Part shown: one piece after another, positions 47,594 to 55,859 of the stretch
Position numbering within the stretch: the stretch's first letter is position 1
How the letters are laid out: every line of letters begins with the position of its first letter
Source of the DNA: an uncultured Deinococcaceae bacterium
Lineage (GTDB): Bacteria; Deinococcota; Deinococci; Deinococcales; Deinococcaceae
Assembly (NCBI GenBank): GCA_964252075.1
Contig: CAXULY010000010.1
Location: forward strand, 64,327-128,326
Direction: 5' to 3'
DNA: 64,000 nucleotides
Program-made: the position numbers and the translations under genes
Notes under the pieces: generated by a model
Database searches by the model: none
What the model saw: the letters and a program-made list of their open reading frames with translations, nothing else
Told to the model about the DNA's origin: nothing

Positions 47594-47639
47594 TGGTGCG
47601 GAAGGGCCGACTTGAACGGCCGACCTCACGCTTATCAGG
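47594..47639 (-). tRNA. 3' half of tRNA-Ile(GAT), i.e. an att-site duplicate, not an intact tRNA
   Basis: Minus strand CCTGATAAGCGTGAGGTCGGCCGTTCAAGTCGGCCCTTCCGCACCA; similarity stops just 5' of the anticodon loop. Confidence 0.9.
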
Positions 47640-47735
47640 TGATCTTTCGATTTTCTGCCCTTTACGATAGGTTCCTAAGATTGCCGTTTCCAATAGCGCC
47701 AGGACACAAAATACAAGCGTTTTAACCCCTACCGT

Positions 47736-47787
47736 CTTCTACACGCTTCTGTACTTAAATTTGCGCCTACTACACCGCTACTACACC
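47736..47787 (+). repeat. Putative integrase arm-type sites
   Basis: CTACTACACC at 47767 and 47778, imperfect CTTCTACACG at 47736. Confidence 0.55.
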
Positions 47788-47846
47788 ACACATTGTCCCT
47801 GCTTTTCTCAGTTGTAGACGGCAGAAAAGCGTAGGATAATTGCACC

Positions 47847-48656
47847 ATGAGCCACCATCCGGACATTCTCCCGCTCCCAACCCCTGGGCTGCTTGAGAGG
47901 TTCCGAGCGCAATTCATGGTCGAACTCTCAAAAGCCCGGCAAGACATCTTCCTAAGGGCCTACATCAGTCGCAATTCGATTCTCGATGCCAGGGAAGCGG
48001 CCGGCGTTGTATTGGTGGCTCTTAGAAACCTCAATGACGACATTGATCTCGGGCAGTTTCTTCAGAACCACTGCGCCTCGTCGGTATATGAACCGCTAGC
48101 AGAATGGTCCCAAGAGCTGCCTAAGCTGCGGTCGAAAGCCTGGTACTACGCATCCGTTCTGGCGTTCGTCATCGAAGCAGCCACAGAACCAAGTACGAAT
48201 GCGAACACGTTCAAGCGCCTGCTTTTAGATTTCCAGAGGCGTTGGCTGCACGCCGCCAACCCCGTGCCTGATGTTGAGCAGTCTCCGTTCCCCTTGATTG
48301 CTGACCCCCTACACATAGATAGGCACGATGCGTACGTTTGTTACCTTAAAGAGTTGAACATCAATTTGCCTAAGCAATATATGTCCATGCTGGCTGACAT
48401 ACGCGCAAGAATTGTGGATCATCAACTCCACGACAGACATATCTTGAGGTACGACCACGAGGCCGTTCGTATACCTCATGCTGATTGGTTAAAAGTCGTT
48501 GCCTGGGCAGAAGGAAAGACGTCCGAAGAAATTGCACAGTTACCGGAGATTGAAGTCGAAAGCACTCAAGCGGTGAACCAACGATTATATGGACGAAAAG
48601 GCAAGCCCGGCCTCTTACATCTTCTCGGCGTGGTTGTCAAGCAACAACAAACCTAG
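47847..48656 (+). CDS. Hypothetical regulator with possible C-terminal HTH
   Basis: Low-GC ORF; WAEGKTSEEIA...TQAVNQRL. Confidence 0.65.
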   Translation: MSHHPDILPLPTPGLLERFRAQFMVELSKARQDIFLRAYISRNSILDAREAAGVVLVALRNLNDDIDLGQFLQNHCASSVYEPLAEWSQELPKLRSKAWYYASVLAFVIEAATEPSTNANTFKRLLLDFQRRWLHAANPVPDVEQSPFPLIADPLHIDRHDAYVCYLKELNINLPKQYMSMLADIRARIVDHQLHDRHILRYDHEAVRIPHADWLKVVAWAEGKTSEEIAQLPEIEVESTQAVNQRLYGRKGKPGLLHLLGVVVKQQQT

Positions 48657-48703
48657 CTTGATGTGCTTCTAGAGGGAAAAGCCCCCCGCGACTAGCTTGG
48701 GGC

Positions 48704-48991
48704 ATGGCAACTGTAGAGAAAGGCGCTCAGCGGAAGGAAGTCTTAGGTCTCAAAGACATTCAGGAGTTTGGTCTTGGGCGTGACCTCGCCTACCGACTCT
48801 CGAAGCTCATGCCGCACCTCACGGTCGGGCGCACCAGTCGAGGCGAGCGCATCATGGTACGGCGTGGCGACCTCGAAACGCTGCTCTCTCGAGCGACCGC
48901 TGAGCGCGTCGACCTTTGGGACTTGGCAAAGACACACACCCCCGACTCGTTGCGCGATTGGCTATACGCGGACTTCAGGAAGGCGAACTAA
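48704..48991 (+). CDS. Excisionase/AlpA-like DNA-binding protein
   Basis: GLGRDLAYRL...PH..VG....IMVRR.DLE. Confidence 0.7.
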   Translation: MATVEKGAQRKEVLGLKDIQEFGLGRDLAYRLSKLMPHLTVGRTSRGERIMVRRGDLETLLSRATAERVDLWDLAKTHTPDSLRDWLYADFRKAN

Positions 48992-49338
48992 TGCCCCGCC
49001 CGGTGCAGGCGGGCGGGGCGAGCGCGGGCAGCGCTCCTCAAAGCTTACGGCATTTCCTTGCCTTCCACGGTGTGGCTGGGCTCGCAGCGACCCGCCAGGA
49101 AGCTGAGCGCCAGCTGGAAACAGCACGCGTCGAAGGGCGTGCTGCCGCGAGTGCTGTTGAACGGATCTACCGCGGCGCCGCCGATGCTGGTCAGCGATCG
49201 TTGACGGTGGTTCAGGCAGCGGACATTCGTGCACTCGAAGCGGCACGGCGCGTCGCCCACCTCAGGGCCCGGGGATTGGACGTCATTCTCCAACTTGATG
49301 ACGAGGGCTTGGAGCTGTTCACCGAGGTCCTCCCGTGA
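48991..49338 (+). CDS. Hypothetical protein
   Basis: TAATG coupling. Confidence 0.6.
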   Translation: MPRPVQAGGASAGSAPQSLRHFLAFHGVAGLAATRQEAERQLETARVEGRAAASAVERIYRGAADAGQRSLTVVQAADIRALEAARRVAHLRARGLDVILQLDDEGLELFTEVLP

Positions 49339-50480
49339 CGATCACCCGTAAACGCGCGCTCGAGCGCCTGGACGTGCTGAGCCATGAACTCAGCACAATG
49401 GAATCTGGGGGGCGCAATGACTTCCTGAACCGCGTCGGTTACGAGCTGGGTGGTTACGTGGCCTGCAGCTCGTTGGATGCGACCGAGGCGGTTGCCGCGC
49501 TGGAACACGCCGCTCACGCCTGCGGTCTGGACGCGGCTGAAGCCCGGTACACCATCCACCGCAGCCTGCAGGAAGGCGCCCGGAAACCACTCAATGACCT
49601 GAATGGCCTTCCAGCCCTGCCACGTCCCTCGCCCTACCAGAAGGCCCAGGAGAAGGCTGCACAGTGGACACCGCTGAGCCTCGCCGAGCGGGCTGACCTT
49701 GCTGGGCTGCTGGCCCCACTCGGCGACCATAGCGCCGCAACTCAGGAGCTCAGGCGGCGCGGCCTCTGGCCCAGCGTGGCCCTGACCGCGTTCATGCTGA
49801 CCCGCCCCTTCGGCCGGCTGGCCCGTGCGGGGGCGCTCGTCTTCGAGGTGCGAGGGCCTGACGCTGACGCACTGGCCTACAAGCTGCGCAACCCTGGGGG
49901 CGAGGAAGAATTGAAGGTCGCTGGCCTGCAGCGCTACGCCTACCTCACCAAAGGGCACGGCACGCCCGCTTGGTGCTCACCCGCCTACGGGTCCGGCGAC
50001 GCCCTATTGATTGTGGAGGGCGAGCCGAATGCAGCGGCCGGGTGGACCGCGGCCCGACAGGCAGGTCTGCGTTTGGATGTGCAGGGCCTCGCCGGTGCGG
50101 GCGGCATGCCACACCTGCGCGGCATCGAGGGGCGGACGGTCTACCTGTACGCCGACGATGACGACGCCGGGCACAAGTGCCTGGAGCGCGTCGCCCACAT
50201 CGCCCAGGAGGCGGGGGCATGTGAGGTGCGGGTGCTGCCCTTCCTGTCGGGCGGCCTGGACTTCTGCGACCTGTTGGGCGCCGGCGAGTTGGCCGAGTGG
50301 TTGCCCGCGGCTCTTCAGGTGGCGGATTTGTGGCAGTCCGTGATTACTGGCAAAACCGGGCTGCAACAGATTCAACCCACGCCCAGCGGACAAAAAGCCG
50401 ATCTGTGGCATTGTGGCAGTACACATCAGGGATGGGCTGCCACAAACGCCTGGAACACTTCACGACGGGGCGGGTGGTAG
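49335..50480 (+). CDS. Toprim-domain primase with N-terminal PriCT-like helical domain
   Basis: GGRND.LN.....LG; LLIVEGE, YADDDDAG, DFCD. Confidence 0.8.
   Translation: MTITRKRALERLDVLSHELSTMESGGRNDFLNRVGYELGGYVACSSLDATEAVAALEHAAHACGLDAAEARYTIHRSLQEGARKPLNDLNGLPALPRPSPYQKAQEKAAQWTPLSLAERADLAGLLAPLGDHSAATQELRRRGLWPSVALTAFMLTRPFGRLARAGALVFEVRGPDADALAYKLRNPGGEEELKVAGLQRYAYLTKGHGTPAWCSPAYGSGDALLIVEGEPNAAAGWTAARQAGLRLDVQGLAGAGGMPHLRGIEGRTVYLYADDDDAGHKCLERVAHIAQEAGACEVRVLPFLSGGLDFCDLLGAGELAEWLPAALQVADLWQSVITGKTGLQQIQPTPSGQKADLWHCGSTHQGWAATNAWNTSRRGGW
50325..50447. repeat. Iteron cluster 1 (TGTGGCA core)
   Basis: GATTTGTGGCAGT 50325; GATCTGTGGCATTGTGGCAGT 50400; CTGCCACAAA 50437. Confidence 0.65.
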
Positions 50481-50483
50481 GCC

Positions 50484-51653
50484 ATGGCTTGGAGAACCGC
50501 TGACCTCACTGCTCAGCTCCGCCCGATAACTTTCCTCGTCCCAGAGCTGTTCCCTATTGGATTCCTGTCCTTCGTGGCTGCCAAGCAAGGCACCGGCAAG
50601 ACCATGCTGCTCACCGCCCTCGCTTGGCAGATGACCCGTCCGGCCGGACGCGGCACGTTCCTCGGACGCCCCGTAGCCCACGGCCCGGTTATTTACGTCA
50701 ACACTGACGGCGCAGACAACAACGAGGCGCGGGCGGTGCGCTACTGGCTGGAACAGCAGCAGGCCCTCTACTCGGATGGCGACATTGACCTCATCAAGGT
50801 GGTTGAGAACGACACCCTAGTGGACCGTGAAGAGCTGGCCGACCTGCTGAGCATGGCGCGTGAACTCGGCGCCGTCTGCATCATCATCGACAGCTTCATG
50901 ACGACGTTTTCCGGCGTGGACGGCAACAAGCTCGACCAGGTCATGGGGCCGATGATGGCCCTGCGCGACTTCGCCGCCAAGACAAACACGGTCGTCATCG
51001 TGGTGGACCACTTGCCTAAGAGGATGGCGGGGGAAAAGTTGGGGGACCGCGGTGTGATGGGTAGCACCGGCAAGAGTGCACAGGCGCGTTCCGTGCACAT
51101 CATCACCGACGCCTCGCCGGAAGACACTACGGGCCGGGAAATCTTGCGCTGGCGGGTGGACAAACACAATTTCGCCCGCAGCGGCTATGACTTCGGCATC
51201 GAGGTGCACCGCGAGTTCAATGAGGAGGGCCGCCCAGCGGCCGTTCGACTGGAACCGTGCGAGCTCCCCGACCAAGACCACCGGGACACGCGTGCGGACC
51301 GGGCCACGGCGGCGGTCATGGCGCACTTGCAGGCCAGTACCGGGGACGTTCCACATGCCGAGCTGGTGGCGGTGGCCATCGAGAAGGGCAACCTGAAAGA
51401 CCGGGCCGCCCGTGACGCCGTGGGGCAGGCGGTGGGGCTGATGTGGGACCGCCTAGAAGTAGTGGAGCAGCCGAAGCGCGGCGCGCCCAAGGTATACCGG
51501 CTAAAAGCGGCTCTAGATACTGACTGCCACAATGCCACAAATCCACTCGACGCCATGCAGGACAGCGTTTTATTTGTGGCAGAGTCTGATCGCCACAAAT
51601 CAGCGACTGCCACGAATCATGCCCCCGCGCGGGAGGTGGTGGGCTTTGACTGA
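50484..51653 (+). CDS. RecA-type AAA helicase (RepA/AAA_25-like)
   Basis: AAKQGTGKT, IIIDS, VVDH..K, MGS. Confidence 0.88.
   Translation: MAWRTADLTAQLRPITFLVPELFPIGFLSFVAAKQGTGKTMLLTALAWQMTRPAGRGTFLGRPVAHGPVIYVNTDGADNNEARAVRYWLEQQQALYSDGDIDLIKVVENDTLVDREELADLLSMARELGAVCIIIDSFMTTFSGVDGNKLDQVMGPMMALRDFAAKTNTVVIVVDHLPKRMAGEKLGDRGVMGSTGKSAQARSVHIITDASPEDTTGREILRWRVDKHNFARSGYDFGIEVHREFNEEGRPAAVRLEPCELPDQDHRDTRADRATAAVMAHLQASTGDVPHAELVAVAIEKGNLKDRAARDAVGQAVGLMWDRLEVVEQPKRGAPKVYRLKAALDTDCHNATNPLDAMQDSVLFVAESDRHKSATATNHAPAREVVGFD
51523..51618. repeat. Iteron cluster 2, putative origin
   Basis: ACTGCCACAATGCCACAAATC 51523; ATTTGTGGCAG 51572; GCCACAAATC 51592; ACTGCCACGAATC 51606. Confidence 0.7.
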
Positions 51654-52032
51654 GGCGGTGACCCTGCTGCAGGAGCTGGCCGCGCTGGACGTGCGCCTCA
51701 CGGTGCAGGATGGCCGGCTCAGCGCGGACGCACCCAAGGGCGCCATCACGCCTGACCTGGCCGCCCGCATACAGGCCCACAAGGACGCCCTGCTGCACGC
51801 CCTGCGCTCCGAAACAGAGGCGACCCCGCACCAGCTGGGCCAGCAGTCCGGCCACTGCGGCAGCTGCCAGCACTGGACGCCCGATGGGCTCGGCGACTAC
51901 CTCGGGCTCTGCGCCCTCGGCTGGAAGGCGCACGACCTCCCGCACCTCACCGGTCCCGTCCTCGTCACCATGCACAGCCCCTGTGGCGCCTACGACGGCC
52001 AAGCGTGGCGCGCCCGAAAGGAACAGCCCTGA
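51646..52032 (+). CDS. TubC-N-like domain plus Cys cluster protein
   Basis: LL.EL...DV.L....G.L...APKG......I..HK..LL; CGSCQHW. Confidence 0.7.
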   Translation: MTEAVTLLQELAALDVRLTVQDGRLSADAPKGAITPDLAARIQAHKDALLHALRSETEATPHQLGQQSGHCGSCQHWTPDGLGDYLGLCALGWKAHDLPHLTGPVLVTMHSPCGAYDGQAWRARKEQP

Positions 52033-52283
52033 TGGACCCCACCGAACGAGACGCGCAGATCACTGCGCACCTCACTCACATGCTCTCCGCCGTCCTCCAC
52101 GAAGCCCACGCCTGGCCCCCAGAAGACGATGCCCACAGAGACCTCGTCACGGTCGCCGAGCACCTCGCCGCCGGACACCTCCCCCAGAACCACCACGAAC
52201 TCTTCGTGCTCCTCACCCTCCACCGCCTCGCCACCGAACGCGCCGCCCGCGCCCTCCCGACCGAGATGGCGGCCCACGCGTGA
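52032..52283 (+). CDS. Hypothetical protein
   Basis: TGATG coupling. Confidence 0.6.
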   Translation: MDPTERDAQITAHLTHMLSAVLHEAHAWPPEDDAHRDLVTVAEHLAAGHLPQNHHELFVLLTLHRLATERAARALPTEMAAHA

Positions 52284-52303
52284 GGCGACCACACCCCCTC
52301 CGC

Positions 52304-52738
52304 TCAGGGCTTGCTGCAGGCGGCCTTGAACGCGTCAGGATCAATCCTGCTCGCAAAGGTGGAACTCACCGTCACGCGCGGCGCCCCCGACGTGCGCAGG
52401 GCACTCAGCAACTCCGGCGTGGGCCGGTACGCCGAGGACGTCAGCAACTGCATGAGTTGCGGATTTGCAGACAGCAGGTACGGTGGATTCCCGTACACGT
52501 TGTACGGACTGTACGCACCGAACTTGTTCCCGTAATCCCCGTACGGGTTGCTGATGCTGGTCAAGCCGTACTTGCTGCCGTACGAACCGTACGGGTTGCT
52601 GACGCTCGACAACCCATACGCGCCATCACACGTGCCCAAGAACGTCCCATCCGCGGCCACCAACACCGCGCCCGAAGCGAACTGAGCGGCAGCACCACCC
52701 GCACAGCAGAGAACCAGGAGCAGCAGGCGTCGCATCAC
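52304..52738 (-). CDS. Exported protein with SNPYG.YGS repeats
   Basis: Signal peptide; two S.SNPYG.YG.K.G units. Confidence 0.75.
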   Translation of the reverse strand: MMRRLLLLVLCCAGGAAAQFASGAVLVAADGTFLGTCDGAYGLSSVSNPYGSYGSKYGLTSISNPYGDYGNKFGAYSPYNVYGNPPYLLSANPQLMQLLTSSAYRPTPELLSALRTSGAPRVTVSSTFASRIDPDAFKAACSKP

Positions 52739-52970
52739 CCCAGCATGCGGCCACTGACGGTCGCACCGCCACAGGCAAACTCACCCTCACCCCTCATCAC
52801 CCTGGCCTTCCACCGACTGCGAACGCCCCTCACCCAACGTGGCCTTTGCCCCCACCCGGCCCACCAACCAGCAAGTGGGCCCGCCTCTAAAAACGCCCCG
52901 AAAATCACCCGTGCGGCCCGGCCTCGAGGTGATGCCACGGGCGTGCGCCACTCCTCCTACCCTGGGAACC

Positions 52971-53555
52971 ATGACCTCGAAAGCTGACCAACCTGGGCAG
53001 GGGTACGCGCGCACGCCCGAAGAGGCGGAAGCGATGCTGACCCGCCTCGCCGGGCTGGGGGTGAAACCCACCCCTGGCGTGGTGAAGCGGGAAGGCCTGA
53101 AGGCGCGGGTGCTGGCCGCGCTGCAGCAGCACGGGACCCTCAGCGCGGCCGCCGCTGCCGCGGGTGTCTCTCGCGCCACCATTTACAACTGGCGGGACAA
53201 CGACCCCGCCTTCGCCGCCGAGGTGCACCAGTGGATGCACGAGGGCCTCGAGGAGGAGCTCGTGGAGAGCCTGTACCACATCGCCACCAGCAAGGACCCC
53301 AAGATGGCGAACGCCGCGGTGCGCGCGAACGAACTTCTCCTCAAGAGCGTGAATCCGGACAAGTACAGCGACCGCGTGAAGGTCGACCAGACCCTCACCG
53401 TGAACAACCAGGTGCAGGTCATCCACGAGGTGCGCGACACCCTGCGTACCGCCCAAGCCACCCGACTGCAGCAACTTCGGGCGAACGTCATCGACGCGGA
53501 CACCCAGTCCCGACCAAGCGGGGCGGAAAGGGGTGGGGAAGGAGAAGGCGCGTGA
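52971..53555 (+). CDS. TerS-like HTH protein
   Basis: AAAAAGVSRATIYNWR..DP.FA, LLK...PDKY.DR; leaderless TACCCT. Confidence 0.7.
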   Translation: MTSKADQPGQGYARTPEEAEAMLTRLAGLGVKPTPGVVKREGLKARVLAALQQHGTLSAAAAAAGVSRATIYNWRDNDPAFAAEVHQWMHEGLEEELVESLYHIATSKDPKMANAAVRANELLLKSVNPDKYSDRVKVDQTLTVNNQVQVIHEVRDTLRTAQATRLQQLRANVIDADTQSRPSGAERGGEGEGA

Positions 53556-53714
53556 GCTCCATTTACGGCGTTCACGCGCGTGTGTTGACCGGTGGAAATC
53601 TGATGCCATGCTCAACTTCGATTTGATCCACCATTGGGGGCATATGAACACTGAATCCACATTGATTGGCGCTGCGTGCGGAAGAACACCCGATTCAATA
53701 CAGGAGACCGACGC

Positions 53715-54197
53715 ATGATGAACCTGATTCCCAACACCGAGTGGACCACCGACCAGGCCCTGACGACCGCCCAGTTGATGCTCGACCCCAAGACCAACGG
53801 TGGGGTGGACGTGCAGGCGCTGCTGGTGCAGCAGTCCACCGCCCCGCTGCCGCTGCCCATCGTGACCGAGATGCTCGCGCACTTTGTCCGGGTGCACCCC
53901 CTGCCGGTGTGTCTGGTCGAGGACGGCGAGCGGCTGCTGCAGATCAGCGCTGAGCCGTACGACCCGAATGGCCGGGCGGACCTGCATTTCAGCGCTCGGG
54001 GCTTCACCGCGGCGGAGGTGCGCCCGTACCTCGCCGCGTTCATGGAGCGGTACCCGGCGAGGCACTGGGTGGCCATTGGGCGGCGTGGGTTGTGGCGGTT
54101 GATTTGCCAGCCGCTGGGCTTTGCGTTGGTGGAGCACCTCGATCAGGCGTTCCTGGCGGTGAAGGACACCATGCTGCCTGACCGGGTGGTGCACTGA
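53715..54197 (+). CDS. Hypothetical protein
   Basis: AGGAG SD; coupled to the next gene. Confidence 0.7.
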   Translation: MMNLIPNTEWTTDQALTTAQLMLDPKTNGGVDVQALLVQQSTAPLPLPIVTEMLAHFVRVHPLPVCLVEDGERLLQISAEPYDPNGRADLHFSARGFTAAEVRPYLAAFMERYPARHWVAIGRRGLWRLICQPLGFALVEHLDQAFLAVKDTMLPDRVVH

Positions 54198-55420
54198 TGT
54201 GGGCGATTGGCGGCCTCGCCGCGCTGGCGGGTTTGATTTCCGGCAACCAGGCCCAGCAGCGCAACAACGAACTGCAGAAGCGGGCTGATGGTTTCTACGA
54301 CCAGCAGGGCAAAGCCATCGACAGCATGACCGGTTATGCCGGCCCCATGCAGGGCGTGATCGACCAGCAGCAGGGGGTGATCGGGCAGCAGCTCGGCAAC
54401 ATCGGGCAGCAGCAGGGCCTGCTGAACGGCTACGGGTCCCTCATCGGCTCCATCGGCGCGCTCGGCGGGGACGCACGCAACCTCACGAACCAGTACGGGC
54501 AGGACAGCGGCGGCCTCCTCGGGCAGTACCAGAGCCTCTACCAGCGGGCGGGTGGGTACAGCCCCCAGCAGGGCGCCGTAAGTGATGGTGGTGCCGCGGC
54601 GGCGCTCATGCAGAACGCACGCGGCATCATGGGCGACGTCGACCCGAGCGTGTACCGCCAGCAGGCGCAGCTCGCCGGGGATGACGCGATGAGCGCCCTG
54701 GGGAACAGCCTTGCGGCGCGCGGCATCGCGTCCTCCGGGACGCTCGGGCGGGTGGGCGCCTCGACCCTCGCGAAACTCCAGGCGGACGCCGCCGCGCGCG
54801 GGCAGCAGGACCGCCTCACCGCGCGCCAGGCGGCGGGGCAGATGTACGGGCAGGCGGGCGGGCTGGGCCTCCAGCAGAGCGGGCTGAACATCCAGAACGC
54901 GCAGATGGTGAACCAGGCGCAGCAGCAGAACCAGAGCTTCCTCGCGGCCCTCCTGGGGCAGCAGGGGCAGGCAATGGACAACCGCCTGCAGGGGCAGCTC
55001 GCGGGCCTCCAGATGCAGCGTGGCCTCTACGGCGATCAGGCGGGCCTCCTCGGGCAGCACCTCGCGGGCCTCGCGGGCATCAACGGGCAACTCGGCGCCG
55101 TGAACGGGCAGTACGGGAACATCAACGGCCAGTACGGAGGCATCGCCAACCTGTATGGCAACGCGGCGGGCCTGTACGGGAACGCAGCGGCGGGCCAGCA
55201 AAGCCAGATGAACCCCAACCCGTGGGGTGGCCTCACGGCGGGTCTGGGTGCGTTGGGGAATGCGCTGGGGAGCATGGGCATGGGTGGGGCGGGCACGACC
55301 ATGCACGCCGCTGCTGCACCGTCCGGTTTTGGTGCCGGGTTCCAGAGCGGCCTTCCCCAGCGCTACCAGGGCCCCCAGTTGTACATGGGTGGGGGTCGGA
55401 ACCCCTGGGGCGCCTCGTAA
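54197..55420 (+). CDS. Gln/Gly-rich DNA pilot/ejection-like protein
   Basis: Hydrophobic Gly-rich ends; 7-residue Q/G/N repeats; LAARG.A.SG motif. Confidence 0.6.
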   Translation: MWAIGGLAALAGLISGNQAQQRNNELQKRADGFYDQQGKAIDSMTGYAGPMQGVIDQQQGVIGQQLGNIGQQQGLLNGYGSLIGSIGALGGDARNLTNQYGQDSGGLLGQYQSLYQRAGGYSPQQGAVSDGGAAAALMQNARGIMGDVDPSVYRQQAQLAGDDAMSALGNSLAARGIASSGTLGRVGASTLAKLQADAAARGQQDRLTARQAAGQMYGQAGGLGLQQSGLNIQNAQMVNQAQQQNQSFLAALLGQQGQAMDNRLQGQLAGLQMQRGLYGDQAGLLGQHLAGLAGINGQLGAVNGQYGNINGQYGGIANLYGNAAGLYGNAAAGQQSQMNPNPWGGLTAGLGALGNALGSMGMGGAGTTMHAAAAPSGFGAGFQSGLPQRYQGPQLYMGGGRNPWGAS

Positions 55421-55859
55421 CGGAAGCGCGCCTTTAGAGAAGCAGGAGCGGGGCGGGGGGCAGCTGCTCCCCACCCCGCTCGTTGTAGGGCCGAATCCGG
55501 CGGACCTTTACGACGGCGCGCTGTGGGTGCCAGGGTATGCGCTCGCCATTGACCTCACGCTGAACTGATGGGGCACGAAGCGCACCGCATCCTCATGGCC
55601 GTGCATGATTTAAGGCGGAGGCCGTCGGGCGTCACTGCTATGGTTGGTTCACGCCCGCCTCCCTCAGCGAGGAACACGGGCTCAGGCCGGCACTCCGTGC
55701 GCGGCCTGCTTTCGTTGTTGAGCAAGCCCACCTCAACGCATGCTTCGAGTCGACGGAACGGCCGCATAACGGGCGCAATGCATCCTGCCCTTATTGCCTC
55801 AGCCCTCATAAATGCGGCGTTGTGCAGGGAGCGCATGGCCCTGAGTGTAGTGTGAGGGG

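Noticed and set aside
47594..47700. Intact or intron-split tRNA-Ile
   Set aside because: No D-arm or 5' acceptor strand nearby and no recognisable intron core; an att duplicate explains it
47810..47835. DdrO-binding RDRM site
   Set aside because: Only a partial half-site resemblance; not palindromic enough
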